The notes below the pieces were generated by a model. That model was not told where the DNA came from, made no database searches, and saw only the letters and a list, made by a program, of their open reading frames with translations. A program made the translations under genes and the position numbers. Shown piece by piece: positions 40,147-51,127 of a stretch of 64,000 bases of DNA. Origin of the DNA: a virus (Duplodnaviria; Caudoviricetes); IMG/VR virus record IMGVR_UViG_2061766007_000586, positions 160,001 through 224,000 of that record; one strand, written 5' to 3'. The first letter of the stretch is position 1. Each line of letters opens with the position of its first letter.

Positions 40147-43100
40147 ATGCCTAATATTTCGAATTTAACAATACCGCCGACGACTACAATGTCGGCACAT
40201 ATTGCTGCGAGTGATCCACATCCGATGTATGTGCTTACTGATCAGCTAAAAGCTGCTGCTAAAACACAGATTTCAGTAAGTGATTTACAGGATGTAGTCA
40301 TTGACAGTGATACAACTTTGAATCGAACTATTTTGATTCATAATGACGGTTGTTGGAAACCAATTTCAGTAGATGATTTATTGGATGGTATTTCTCTACC
40401 GGTTGCAACAACTACGAAATATGGTGTGGCAAAGTTAGCCACTTACCGCGATATCGCGGTAAGTGGCTCTTCTACTGTAGTCACACCTAACCTGTTAATC
40501 GAATATGTATCGAACGCATTATCCGATTATCAAGCACCTGCTAATTATTCATATGCTACTACAACTACAAGTGGCATTGTGAGATTAGCAACTAATACAG
40601 ATCTAACAAATCGTGATCAAAGTGCTGTTGTTACTCCTTATTTATTACGTCAGTATGTGGATACACTGCCTCGTGGTAGTGGTACTACAACTTCTGTTAT
40701 AGTTTCTGCTCCTCTTGCTACACACACTGTAGCTGGTGTTGCTAAATTAGCAGTAGCATCTGATATTGTAAATAGTGTAACATCTATGATTGTTACACCT
40801 GATTTAGTAGCATCAGTTAGTAACAATATTTCTAGAACAATTAGTGCAGCTAGTTCAACACTAAATGCATCTATTACAAATGCAAGTTCTGCGTTGAATG
40901 TATCTATTACAAATGCAAGCTCCGCACTGAATGTAGCAAAACAGAATGTATTGACAGCAAGTAATGCAGGAACAGGTATCTCTATTTCTTCTACTACAGA
41001 AGGTGTCAAGATCAATTGTACTGTACAACCTGGAAGTGGTGGAAAAACTTATTTCGATGGTAGTTACACTTCTATTAATACTAATAATAATACAATCAAT
41101 TGTATTTTAACTGGTGATGGTAGTACAATTGAAATTGTAAATAGTTCTCAAATTCATGCTCTTATTTCTGGTGGTAGTAGTAATGTTCCAATATTGTCTC
41201 ATTTGTACGCTATGCATGCTACTAATAAAACGCATGCAGTTGCTCCTATGGCAATTGTTGGTAGTTTTATTAATGCTACAATGATGGGTTTTAATGTTGG
41301 TGCAATTAAGCCATTCTTAAAATCAATTGGTGTTACTTGCTGTAGTTTACCTAATGTATTTTGTACAACTGGTATGACAACTACAACGGTAGCAGATCCA
41401 ACAGCTAAAAGTAATCTGGAACATGTAGCTTCTAATAGGCATAGCACGACTGGTGGTTTCTATGTTGTACCATCAACAAGCTTATGCTCTAAATATAGAG
41501 AAATGCTTACTAGTTCACAGTACACTTACATTGAAGATTATCTTACAAGTGGAATTCCTCACAGTACTATTCTTGCTTGGGATAATACAGCTGTTATGTT
41601 ACCATTAGGCTCTGAAACTACATCTTCTATTAATCGACTTGTTATAGAATTTGGACGTACTAGACCTATTGTGGCTGGTGATGATTTTCCCCATGAACAC
41701 TACTTAATGAAACCATTTGGTAAGCTGTTATATTGTGGACTAACCATGATTAATCATGGTAGTGATTACTATAATCAGCCTTATGATTTAGCTCCACAGC
41801 TTATGGGTGAAATTTATGATTCACATACTTCTATTGTAGCTGAAGGTCAATCTTACGTAAAAGGTTTCTCTTATATGGCACAAAGAATGTGGGCTGTTGG
41901 AACTGGTGCTCCTATTCAGTTCGCATATGTAGCGATTGGTACAGAAGTAAAACCCGTGAATAAAAATGTATCAGCTGAGTATTACGAATGGCCAGGTGGT
42001 GGTGTTCTTTCTCATACATCAATTGTTTCAGACACTGACGGACTTCGCTTAGTTACGTTAACTCCTGAAGAAGAAGAAGCAATAAAATCTAGTTCTGATA
42101 ATGGAATTGATGCGAAATTCACAGAAGTTGTTTCAACTATGTGGGGTTGGCAAGGGCTAGGTGTGTACTGGAGCGCTCATGCAAATTCAACAGGTGCAAC
42201 AGGTGCAACAACTAATCAAATTGCCATATCAAGCGATACATGGTATCAGTGTGATGACATGTGGAGTGGTTGTGGTAATGTATACAAAGCTACAGAACCT
42301 GGTTATTCCATGGGTGAAACTGATCCGTCAAGTTCTGGTGTAAATCCGACCACTCGTACAATTAAGAATGAAACAGTTATATTAAGTAATCGCCCTGGAA
42401 TGGAACAGAGTGTTGCTGCTGTTGCAATAGGATCCAGTGGTATTCTTGAAGTTATGAGTGGCTGTGTTGCCGATTACCCGACAGTAAACGATAGTGGTCT
42501 TCTCAAGATTTCTAATGGTGGTACTGTCACATGGCCAATTGTTAATTCTAACGGATCTGTAATTGTATTTACTGGTGGAACAGTTACTGATCTTCTCATG
42601 AATTCATACGGATATGTTTATGTATCTACAGGTGGATATATTTCTAATGTAGAAGTCAATGAATCTGGTTCTTTATTCATTGGTAATACATATCCTGAAA
42701 TGGCAGGTGGTAGTTGTGATAGTGTAATCCTTAGTGGTGGTGTGAGAATTTGCTCCGGCGGACAAGCGACATATGTAGATGTCAGACAATCTGGATCTAT
42801 ATATGTTGAATCTGGACAATTAACAAGTGCTGTTGTCGGTTCTAATGGATCAATGACACTAGAATCATCAGCAAGTGTAAATTGTGTTAGTGTCAACTCT
42901 AGTGGTTATGTTACCGTATCCGATAATGCATCTGTCTCTAACCTTAAGGTGAATATAGGTGGAGAGGTTTGGATAGCAGAATCTGCTACAGATGTATCTA
43001 TTATTGAAAATGGTGGCTATGTGTCTGAAGAAAATAGTTCTGTTGTTACATTTATATCAAATGTATTTACAGGAACTTATTCTTCTGGATTATCAGCAAC

Positions 43101-43362
43101 TGTGCATTCAGGTACTTCAGCCAGTGATGTAACACTTGAATATGGTGCAGAAATGTCGGTTTATTCCGGTGGTGCACTTATTAATCCACAAATCGAAGAA
43201 GGCGCGTATGTGTGTATTCGTAGTGGTGGTACACTTGTCATTTCTGATACTACAAATATAGCCAGTATACATATGTCTTCTGGTGCTATTAAAGTAAGTG
43301 GAGAAGATACAAGTGTTGTAACTGGTGGTGAGTATTCGTGTATTAATGGTGAATTTAGTTAA
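40147..43362 (+). CDS. Tail fibre protein 3 with a C-terminal AIDA-like beta-helix
   Basis: N-terminus shared with its paralogs; C-terminal SGG/VNSSG/IIENGGYV/ATVHSGT repeats. Confidence 0.85.
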   Translation: MPNISNLTIPPTTTMSAHIAASDPHPMYVLTDQLKAAAKTQISVSDLQDVVIDSDTTLNRTILIHNDGCWKPISVDDLLDGISLPVATTTKYGVAKLATYRDIAVSGSSTVVTPNLLIEYVSNALSDYQAPANYSYATTTTSGIVRLATNTDLTNRDQSAVVTPYLLRQYVDTLPRGSGTTTSVIVSAPLATHTVAGVAKLAVASDIVNSVTSMIVTPDLVASVSNNISRTISAASSTLNASITNASSALNVSITNASSALNVAKQNVLTASNAGTGISISSTTEGVKINCTVQPGSGGKTYFDGSYTSINTNNNTINCILTGDGSTIEIVNSSQIHALISGGSSNVPILSHLYAMHATNKTHAVAPMAIVGSFINATMMGFNVGAIKPFLKSIGVTCCSLPNVFCTTGMTTTTVADPTAKSNLEHVASNRHSTTGGFYVVPSTSLCSKYREMLTSSQYTYIEDYLTSGIPHSTILAWDNTAVMLPLGSETTSSINRLVIEFGRTRPIVAGDDFPHEHYLMKPFGKLLYCGLTMINHGSDYYNQPYDLAPQLMGEIYDSHTSIVAEGQSYVKGFSYMAQRMWAVGTGAPIQFAYVAIGTEVKPVNKNVSAEYYEWPGGGVLSHTSIVSDTDGLRLVTLTPEEEEAIKSSSDNGIDAKFTEVVSTMWGWQGLGVYWSAHANSTGATGATTNQIAISSDTWYQCDDMWSGCGNVYKATEPGYSMGETDPSSSGVNPTTRTIKNETVILSNRPGMEQSVAAVAIGSSGILEVMSGCVADYPTVNDSGLLKISNGGTVTWPIVNSNGSVIVFTGGTVTDLLMNSYGYVYVSTGGYISNVEVNESGSLFIGNTYPEMAGGSCDSVILSGGVRICSGGQATYVDVRQSGSIYVESGQLTSAVVGSNGSMTLESSASVNCVSVNSSGYVTVSDNASVSNLKVNIGGEVWIAESATDVSIIENGGYVSEENSSVVTFISNVFTGTYSSGLSATVHSGTSASDVTLEYGAEMSVYSGGALINPQIEEGAYVCIRSGGTLVISDTTNIASIHMSSGAIKVSGEDTSVVTGGEYSCINGEFS

Positions 43363-43375
43363 TATTAATTCCTAA

Positions 43376-43405
43376 CTATCTCTGCCTAGAAATAGGCAGA
43401 GATAG
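43376..43405 (+). terminator. Intrinsic terminator
   Basis: Hairpin ctatctctgccta/taggcagagatag followed by a T-tract. Confidence 0.8.
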
Positions 43406-43466
43406 TTTTTCAAAGCATTTTATTGAACGGGCTTTTTTTATTTTAACATTTATAAAGGAGAGCATT

Positions 43467-46001
43467 ATGCCTGTATTTAGTACAAACTTAAATGCTTCGA
43501 ATCTGACTATTCCTCCTACTACAACAATGGAAGCTCACATAGCAGCAAATAATCCACATCCAAATTATTTACTTGTTTCTGATTTAAAATCAGCTGTAAA
43601 TACACAGATTACAGTAAGTGAATTAAAAGATGTTGTAGTAGGTAGTTCAGCATTACAAGGAACAATATTACAATTTAAAGGTGCTGCTTATGTCCCTGTC
43701 ACTATGAACGAGGCTTTAAGCGGATTTGAACTTCCAATCGCTACTGAACAAAGTCGTGGCATTATACAGTTAGCAGTTTATAATGATATTATATCTAAGA
43801 ATAGAGTTAAAGCAGTTACACCTTATCTTTTAGATACTTACGTATCAACAAGAATAGCGATAGAAGATAACGATATTCGTAATTACATTGATAGTAAAAT
43901 ATTTAACATCAATGTATCAGTTGATTCTGCTACAACACAAAGATATGGTATTACGAAACTTGCCACGCAAGCTGATGTTGTTGCAAAAGTTGCATCCACT
44001 GTTATTACACCAAACTTAATGGTTAATTATGTAAACAGTGTGTTATCTTCAGGATTACCTCCTGAAGTAATTCGTGCAACAACGATTGACTATGGTATTG
44101 TTCGTTTAGCAGCAGAAGCCGACACAATTAATCCTACTGAAGATCCTGATGCTGTAGTTACTGTTGGTAATTACGCAGATAAAATTAATGTTGGTGTTGT
44201 TAGATTAGCGCAATCAAATGATATTATTGCTGCAGTTACATCTACAGCAGTTACACCAGATTTAGTATCAACTTATGTTTCAGCTGTACATTCTACAATT
44301 AACACCAGTATCGTGAATGTCAGTTCAAGCTTAGAAACATCTATTACTAATGTTAATACAACTCTCAATACATCAATTGTAAATGTTAGTTCTGCATTAG
44401 AAGCAAGCAAACAAGACAGATTATTCCCATTAGGTTTACACACAAGTGTTGTTTCAACAGTTGATGGTGATAAAGTTGATTGCTTATTAAAAGATGGAAC
44501 AAATATTGTAATTGATCAAGCTACCCATAAAATCAATTGTACACTTGATACAGATTCAATCCTTAATACTTTTGCAGAAGGTATGTTAAAAGGATTAATT
44601 GATTGTACAGTTAAGAAACAAACATATACAAAGAATAGTACAAAAACGGCTTGTATGGGAACGTATATGGATAAAGGATATATTAAATTTCCTTTCTTAA
44701 AATATACATATACAGATCCCAACAATGCTAATATTAAAAAAGAATATTGTTTAGCTTTGATATGGGGTCAACATGTATCCACTTATGGTAAAGCAACAAA
44801 TCATTATGATACAATTGAAATCAATATAGCTGGTTATTATAAATTGATACGAGTAATAATGCCTGTTTTACATTATGTAGGAACAGCAGTATATGATACT
44901 AGTTATATTCCTCTAAATATATTACAAGCAGCAACTACCGGTACAGCACATGATGTACTCAATACTCATGATAATTGGGTTCATTATGTACGAGCAAATC
45001 ATGTAAAAAATATAGGTGAAAGTGTATCAGACGTAGATGATTATGCTCCAATAGAATCATTTACATATTACATGAACTGTGATGATGAAACAGCATCAGG
45101 TTCGTATACAATTACATGGTTCTTATTAGGTTTAACAAGTATTGAAGATGATTGTTGGACTGCAGTTGAACAATCTACTCCTATTTTATATCCTATGAAT
45201 TTTACAGCTGGTACTTATTATGATGCAAATTTAATACGAGAAATAACATATAAATACAGAGATAATGATAGTTCAACTGATTATTATTCGGGTGATGATG
45301 TATCATATCCTGTAGCGTATACAATTAATGAACCGGATGCTAATTCTAATTGGGTACCAACAATGAATATAGCATTACCTGTAAAATATAGAGATAGATT
45401 CCTTAGAGGTGTTGGAGATCATCCTAGATCACAATTATCAGTAAGATATACATTTAATCGACAAGTGAGTTATGAAGACACATATGAATACTATATTCAA
45501 AATCTAGCTTTTGTATGTCAGATTAGTAAAGGTACAGCATTCGGTATTGTGTTCAACGAATTATATATCACTAAAGATGAAAATGGTAATTTAGTTATTG
45601 ATCCTCTTAGAAGTGATATAGTGTATATTGATAATTTTGATAGATATACACAAACATACGGGGATGTTATAAAGTACAATATTAACAATAGTACATTAAC
45701 TAAGTTTGTTCCAGGTACAGCATTAACCTATGGTGATGGTTCTCCTGATTTTACTTCTTGGAATCTATCTGAATGGGGCGGTGCAAAGAATAATCCACCT
45801 ACTGGAGCTGTCATACATTGGTATTATACAGATCATGATAATTATTGTCACCGATTACATTTTGTTATGGGATATACTGATTCACAAATTATATTCCAAG
45901 CTGTGGCTGCTTCATATTATCAGCACGGAAGTGCTGAAGCAACTAGAGTCTTATACAGTTTACCTGAGGCAGTTATATTCCAAGGTTTACCAAAAGAATA
46001 A
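43467..46001 (+). CDS. Tail fibre protein 4
   Basis: TIPPTTTMEAHIAANNPHPNYL and fibre repeats; GYIKFPFL..CLALIWG module shared with fibres 1 and 2. Confidence 0.85.
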   Translation: MPVFSTNLNASNLTIPPTTTMEAHIAANNPHPNYLLVSDLKSAVNTQITVSELKDVVVGSSALQGTILQFKGAAYVPVTMNEALSGFELPIATEQSRGIIQLAVYNDIISKNRVKAVTPYLLDTYVSTRIAIEDNDIRNYIDSKIFNINVSVDSATTQRYGITKLATQADVVAKVASTVITPNLMVNYVNSVLSSGLPPEVIRATTIDYGIVRLAAEADTINPTEDPDAVVTVGNYADKINVGVVRLAQSNDIIAAVTSTAVTPDLVSTYVSAVHSTINTSIVNVSSSLETSITNVNTTLNTSIVNVSSALEASKQDRLFPLGLHTSVVSTVDGDKVDCLLKDGTNIVIDQATHKINCTLDTDSILNTFAEGMLKGLIDCTVKKQTYTKNSTKTACMGTYMDKGYIKFPFLKYTYTDPNNANIKKEYCLALIWGQHVSTYGKATNHYDTIEINIAGYYKLIRVIMPVLHYVGTAVYDTSYIPLNILQAATTGTAHDVLNTHDNWVHYVRANHVKNIGESVSDVDDYAPIESFTYYMNCDDETASGSYTITWFLLGLTSIEDDCWTAVEQSTPILYPMNFTAGTYYDANLIREITYKYRDNDSSTDYYSGDDVSYPVAYTINEPDANSNWVPTMNIALPVKYRDRFLRGVGDHPRSQLSVRYTFNRQVSYEDTYEYYIQNLAFVCQISKGTAFGIVFNELYITKDENGNLVIDPLRSDIVYIDNFDRYTQTYGDVIKYNINNSTLTKFVPGTALTYGDGSPDFTSWNLSEWGGAKNNPPTGAVIHWYYTDHDNYCHRLHFVMGYTDSQIIFQAVAASYYQHGSAEATRVLYSLPEAVIFQGLPKE

Positions 46002-46012
46002 TTTTACTATGT

Positions 46013-46041
46013 TAGTAGAGTCCCTTAATTGGGACTCTACT
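46013..46041 (+). terminator. Intrinsic terminator
   Basis: Hairpin agtagagtccc/gggactctact followed by a T-tract. Confidence 0.8.
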
Positions 46042-46089
46042 TTTTTGTTTGTTTTTGCATTTTATGCTTAATTAACAAGGAGTTTTATT

Positions 46090-47331
46090 ATGGGTGATGA
46101 TCCGATTATAGAACAAAGATATTCTATTCATACTGACGATCCTCATGTTCGTTTTCATTTAAAGCGTCTCATGGATCAACAGATGGGTATTCCAATTCGA
46201 GTGTCTAAAACGTATCCAAAACGTGGTACAGATATCATGATGAAAGTAAGAGTTATGGTTAGTGAAAAAGGACCAAATGAAGTCATGGAATATGACTCAC
46301 CTTTAGAAGACCAAACTTTTCTTCCAGAGATGCAATTAGTTGTGTGTTCTTGGGGTAATGATCTTTATAGAATCAGAGCAACAAAGAATGCATTCGATCG
46401 TATTATTCGTATGAATCCACTTCCTGAGATTATGTTTGTGGAAGGAAGTACAGATGGTAAATTTTATTTTGAATATGTAAAAGAATATAAGCATGTTAAT
46501 TATCTTCCAGTAGATTTAACAGCACCTATGTTCCATAATTTATTCATGAAAGAAATCCTCTGGAATTATGGAGTTTCTTATATTCTGGAGATAGCACCAG
46601 AAACCAAAAAAATATGTTATCTGGATGCTGATTGTTCCTTTGTAGACATGTATAGTTTTAAAGTAATCAGTGAAGCATTAGATAAATATGAAGTTATATC
46701 ACCGTTCCAAATAACGTATTACGAAACAAGAAAAGAAGATGATATTAATTATGGAATTATGCATTCGACTGGTTATCAGTTTACATTACAAAACGGATTA
46801 CCTGGATGGTTTGGTTTTGGTGTAGCGATGACTACAGAAGCATTAAAGAAATATTTTAATAATGAGCTTCCTTGTTCTTGCGCTGGTTTAGGTGACATAT
46901 TTTTATGGTATATGCTAGCAGGTTATCGTAACTTGAGAAATTATCACGCTATTCCGTTCTATAAACATATTTTACAAAATTATAGAATTAAGGATGCTAA
47001 GGTAGGATTTGCTCCTACTGTCCTAGTACATCACTATCATGGTAAGATGTCTCAAAGACAGTATACTGCTAAATATCATATTTTAAGAAGATGTGTTCCT
47101 CAACCATTTGGAGAATTAGCACGTGTTGGTAATTCTTCTCTTATGTGTTGGAACGACAAACCTGAAGTACAAAGATATCGTTATTTCTTAGATAATCTTG
47201 TTTATTTCAAAAATAAAGGTTTAAGAAGATTATCTGTACAAGAAGCAACTGAATTCTTTGAGTGGTTAATGAAAAGAAGAAATGAACCACCTACTGTAAT
47301 TAAACAGTTATTACCAGTTCGTCCTTTGTAA
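46090..47331 (+). CDS. GT-A fold glycosyltransferase-like protein
   Basis: KEILWNYG, CYLDAD (DxD), GLGD and HHYHG..RQY motifs. Confidence 0.7.
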   Translation: MGDDPIIEQRYSIHTDDPHVRFHLKRLMDQQMGIPIRVSKTYPKRGTDIMMKVRVMVSEKGPNEVMEYDSPLEDQTFLPEMQLVVCSWGNDLYRIRATKNAFDRIIRMNPLPEIMFVEGSTDGKFYFEYVKEYKHVNYLPVDLTAPMFHNLFMKEILWNYGVSYILEIAPETKKICYLDADCSFVDMYSFKVISEALDKYEVISPFQITYYETRKEDDINYGIMHSTGYQFTLQNGLPGWFGFGVAMTTEALKKYFNNELPCSCAGLGDIFLWYMLAGYRNLRNYHAIPFYKHILQNYRIKDAKVGFAPTVLVHHYHGKMSQRQYTAKYHILRRCVPQPFGELARVGNSSLMCWNDKPEVQRYRYFLDNLVYFKNKGLRRLSVQEATEFFEWLMKRRNEPPTVIKQLLPVRPL

Positions 47332-47355
47332 AAAAGAAAAAGATCTCTTCGCCTA

Positions 47356-47592
47356 TTAAGGCGAAGAGATCTTATGTTTTTTCAGATAAAATTTACGATT
47401 GATAATTTTTCGGTCCTCTGGATCAGGCGGGTTTTTGATTTGATAGAGTTTAGCATATGCAATACGCTCTTCTCTATGTTCCTGATAATACTTTTTTCTC
47501 TTTTCGAGAATTTTTTCTCGATGGGATAAATAGTATCGTCTGGAATATTCTTGCATTTTGGTAAGCATAAGAAAATTTATCCTGTGATACAA
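47356..47592 (-). CDS. Small basic helical protein
   Basis: RRYYLSHREKILEKRKKYYQEHRE repeat pattern; the start is uncertain. Confidence 0.5.
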   Translation of the reverse strand: MYHRINFLMLTKMQEYSRRYYLSHREKILEKRKKYYQEHREERIAYAKLYQIKNPPDPEDRKIINRKFYLKKHKISSP

Positions 47593-48039
47593 TTAAGAGC
47601 ATATCTTAAGAATATCTGTATTGCTAAGGACTGATTTTTTATTAATTGCAATTATTGCTTTGAATACATCTTTAGAATAATTTTCAGATTGTGGATTTTC
47701 TTTTCTGAAATTTCTCTCTCTTTTCCTATCTTCTGATAATCTTCTGATTTGCTTCTTTTTATTTTGTAATTCTTTAAATTCTTCAAAATTAGTTTGTTTT
47801 AATGCATTCATCTTTTCTTTTTGCTTAGCAAGATATCTATCCTGGTATTGTTTTACTTTAGTTGGATTTTTGAGAGCCCAACATCTACTCTTGATATACA
47901 TTTTTTTTCGAATTTCAGAATTTGTACGACAAGCGTATGTTCCTGCAGCACTATAATGACGAGTGTGTATACTGCAACCTATCAAACGAAAAGCTTCTCG
48001 TGCAGTTTTTTCCAATTTAGTTTGCATAAACTTGTCCAT
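47593..48039 (-). CDS. Basic hypothetical protein
   Basis: AGGAG RBS; K/R-rich. Confidence 0.55.
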   Translation of the reverse strand: MDKFMQTKLEKTAREAFRLIGCSIHTRHYSAAGTYACRTNSEIRKKMYIKSRCWALKNPTKVKQYQDRYLAKQKEKMNALKQTNFEEFKELQNKKKQIRRLSEDRKRERNFRKENPQSENYSKDVFKAIIAINKKSVLSNTDILKICS

Positions 48040-48145
48040 TGTTATTCTCCTTGTATTGGTTTTGGATTTCTATTAAAGTCATATATACTTTCATTTTAAA
48101 TCAAAAAAGAAACACACCTGCTTCATATGAAGCAGGTGCGATAAA

Positions 48146-48736
48146 TTAAGATTTAGATTTTTTTGTTTGTTTTTCTATGTGGTGTTGCTTCCAGATTTCA
48201 GCCCGCATAATATCTTTTTCAGGAAGAATATCTCCAGTCTGTCTTTCGACTTCAACGCCTTTTTCTTCAAGAGCTTTGTTAAGTTCTTCATAGAACTTAT
48301 CCCAGTCTTCTTGAGTTTCAAGAGGATTATTCGCCCATGGCCAATCTTCTTGTTTAAGGTATTTGCATTTCATAATACCTTTACTAGCATTGACTGTGAG
48401 TGTTCCTTTAAGGCAGCATCCGCATTCTTCATAATCAATAGTGATTGCTGTATCAACACCATGGCCATGAAGATATTCAGCTAATGCTCTTGCGTCAAAA
48501 TCAGAAATACTCCATTTGACTTCGCCACTGATTAGCATGTCACAACTACCTTTATCTTTATCGATTTCATCTTCGATAGCGATATGGCAGTCTCTAATCC
48601 AAACGCCACCAATACAAGCCATTTCATTTAATTGATTATGGGCATCAACAACGGATTCTAATCCTTTCTGAAGCCATTTAGCTTTTTCATTGGAAGGTGC
48701 TTTGAATTTCACATCAATATAACACCAATTAGCCAT
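48146..48736 (-). CDS. Hypothetical protein of the M(A/P)NWC ferredoxin-like (YubB/Api92-like) type
   Basis: Start MANWCY after AAGGAG; VKWS and YEECGC motifs. Confidence 0.55.
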   Translation of the reverse strand: MANWCYIDVKFKAPSNEKAKWLQKGLESVVDAHNQLNEMACIGGVWIRDCHIAIEDEIDKDKGSCDMLISGEVKWSISDFDARALAEYLHGHGVDTAITIDYEECGCCLKGTLTVNASKGIMKCKYLKQEDWPWANNPLETQEDWDKFYEELNKALEEKGVEVERQTGDILPEKDIMRAEIWKQHHIEKQTKKSKS

Positions 48737-49118
48737 TATTGGTCTCCTTTGCTTCAGAATGTTCGTGATCAATCTGAACAATGGTGTATTTCGTGGTATC
48801 AACATCACCTTCAAAGATGATTTGCTTTTCTTTCTGGTTGACATGTTTGTTGATACGACCAATTTCAGAACCAGGATAGATGTGAAGAATACCTTGGAAC
48901 AGATCTATGACTTTTACTTTACCTTCCACATAGCATTGACCATTATTCTGAATAATAGAAACGACATCTCCTTCCTCTCTAATATTCACAGAGCCATCAC
49001 CATCAAGTGAAATAAGTAAATTGGTCTTTGTATTCACAGTTAAACAAGATTCATGTTTGACTGAAATCACATCATCATTTTCCATGTGAGTGATATTGAG
49101 TTTACCTTTTAGTTCCAT
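48729..49118 (-). CDS. Short beta-helix-like protein
   Basis: Gly/hydrophobic repeats; AAGGAG RBS. Confidence 0.5.
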   Translation of the reverse strand: MELKGKLNITHMENDDVISVKHESCLTVNTKTNLLISLDGDGSVNIREEGDVVSIIQNNGQCYVEGKVKVIDLFQGILHIYPGSEIGRINKHVNQKEKQIIFEGDVDTTKYTIVQIDHEHSEAKETNNG

Positions 49119-49527
49119 GTTTTTTCTCCTTAAAAATTTTAATAAGACGAATTGTTATAAAAGTGATGAGTGCACCTATACCTACATAAAGATCATAGAT
49201 ACTAGGATGACAATCATCTAACGTGTTGTTTGGAGCTAATACTACACACATATATTTACATGCGAGTAATACGATTATGATGCAAGTTATGAAACTTATT
49301 AAGAAATCAAAGAGTCGATTCATCTCATTAAGGGGATCAAATGGCTCTGATTCTATTGAATCTTTTGACTCAGCTTTTCTTTTGATAGGTTTGATGAGTG
49401 GTTCAAGATTTTCCTTAACAGGACCTGAGGATCCATCAGGATTAGAATGCATCATAATTCTCATGATGTTTTCTTCACTCGGCGCTTTATCAGCAGGACC
49501 TGAATACGTAAATTGTGTGTATCCCAT
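49102..49527 (-). CDS. Membrane protein with two TM segments
   Basis: Likely start MGYTQF; two hydrophobic helices. Confidence 0.55.
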   Translation of the reverse strand: MGYTQFTYSGPADKAPSEENIMRIMMHSNPDGSSGPVKENLEPLIKPIKRKAESKDSIESEPFDPLNEMNRLFDFLISFITCIIIVLLACKYMCVVLAPNNTLDDCHPSIYDLYVGIGALITFITIRLIKIFKEKKHGTKR

Positions 49528-49528
49528 T

Positions 49529-50089
49529 TTAATTCTCCCATTGTTCAAGAATTTCATCAAAATGATGAACTTGTACGTGAGCCATTAAAAGGAGATTGGT
49601 TGCAACATCTGCCTTATATTTCAATCTGTATTTGTAGATGATAGGATCTTCTCCTTCAGGAATAGTATCAAGTGAAACAACAGGTTCATTGTACCAATTA
49701 CTAAAGAAGACTTTCTTGAGTCCTGCGTTGATAATCATCTTAGCGCAGTGAATACAAGGTGAAATAGTACAGTAGATAGTACCACCTTCGATTGTAACGC
49801 CATGTCGTGCTGCCTGCACGATGGCGTTTTCTTCTGCATGTGAGCAGATACATTCGTTCAAAGAAGTTCCAGAAGGTGCATTACCTGCACACCGAGGACA
49901 ACCACCTTCATTACAATTTTTGATACCACTTGGGGTACCATTGTACCCAGTGGCAAGAAGATGATTGTCTTTAGCAATGACTGCACCTACCTGACGTCTG
50001 GAACAACTGCTACGTGTCGCTACAACTGCAGCAATGTTGAGAAAATATTTATCCCATGGCACGGCAGGAAGAGTACGTTCTAATCCCAT
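49529..50089 (-). CDS. dCMP deaminase
   Basis: RSSCSRRQVGAVI, TGYNG, HAEENAI and SPCIHC motifs. Confidence 0.95.
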   Translation of the reverse strand: MGLERTLPAVPWDKYFLNIAAVVATRSSCSRRQVGAVIAKDNHLLATGYNGTPSGIKNCNEGGCPRCAGNAPSGTSLNECICSHAEENAIVQAARHGVTIEGGTIYCTISPCIHCAKMIINAGLKKVFFSNWYNEPVVSLDTIPEGEDPIIYKYRLKYKADVATNLLLMAHVQVHHFDEILEQWEN

Positions 50090-50099
50090 ATTGTTCTCC

Positions 50100-51086
50100 T
50101 TATTTGTTCACAACAATTCTAAAAAGTTGTTGTGATTGTTTGAGTTTAGCATTCTCTTTTCTAAGATCACTAAGTTCATCATAAGTATCTTCAAACTTAT
50201 GTTTTAACTCAGTATGTTCGTTATAAAGAGATGCGAATTTATCCTTCCATGTATTAAGATATCCACGTAACCAATTATTTTCTTTACGGACATCTGCAGG
50301 AAGTCTTTTTATTGCTTGAAGTTCGTTATTTTTCTTAATAAGCGCTTTGTTTTCTTTTTCCAATTCTGATATTTTTTTACGAATAGGATCTATCTTTAAC
50401 TTATGTAATTCCATTTTCCTTTCAAGAGCCAAATCTTTAGTTTTTGATAAATCGGTTTGAAGCGAGTTAATTGTGATTTCACGTGTCTTAATAAGATTTA
50501 AAAGTTTCTTATTTTCTCTCTTGAGTATAATGCTTTCATATTCTGCATCGGTATTCTTACATTTTGTAAGTTCAAATTGAAGAGAAAGAATTTGACTATC
50601 TTTCGAATCAAGTTGACGTTTTAAACCAGTGCATAATTGCATGAGATTTTCTTTAGTTAGTTCAGTTTCCTGAATTTTTCTATGCAAAGAATTCAAATCA
50701 ACATGATATTCAAATCCATCATAATAAGCTTGGGTTTTTGGTTCAGGAAAATTACCTTTCACAGCATCAACTTCTTCTTGTGAGAGATGCATCTTCTCAA
50801 CAAAATTGTCGAGAATTTCTTGCATGTGGAATCGTTCAGAAAAACGAGGATATGCTTCCATGAAACCTTTGATAACAGCTACATGATGCATGATCTGCAT
50901 TTTTGGAACATAGTTAGGAAATACAGCATTAGTAGTAATGATATTTCCTGCTACACGAGTCATACAAATATGTTGAATAACTCGTTCGTTTCTGAGATCA
51001 AACTTTTTCAGTTTAAGATACTCAGGAAAAATACGACGCATGTCTTCATACGAATAGATGAAAGTGGGGATGTCGTCGAGGACCAT
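50100..51086 (-). CDS. Coiled-coil protein
   Basis: Long C-terminal heptad repeats. Confidence 0.6.
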   Translation of the reverse strand: MVLDDIPTFIYSYEDMRRIFPEYLKLKKFDLRNERVIQHICMTRVAGNIITTNAVFPNYVPKMQIMHHVAVIKGFMEAYPRFSERFHMQEILDNFVEKMHLSQEEVDAVKGNFPEPKTQAYYDGFEYHVDLNSLHRKIQETELTKENLMQLCTGLKRQLDSKDSQILSLQFELTKCKNTDAEYESIILKRENKKLLNLIKTREITINSLQTDLSKTKDLALERKMELHKLKIDPIRKKISELEKENKALIKKNNELQAIKRLPADVRKENNWLRGYLNTWKDKFASLYNEHTELKHKFEDTYDELSDLRKENAKLKQSQQLFRIVVNK

Positions 51087-51127
51087 AATGAATTCTCCTT
51101 ATATAAAGTTAAAATAAAAGGCAAAGA

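Noticed and set aside
40860-40935. Direct repeats in tail-fibre genes (also about 38350-38480) as DGR template/variable repeats
   Set aside because: They are in-frame protein repeats without adenine-specific divergence, and no reverse transcriptase is present in the window.
47356-48039. HNH homing endonuclease
   Set aside because: Only the basic helical repeat pattern is present; there is no HNH or endonuclease VII catalytic motif.
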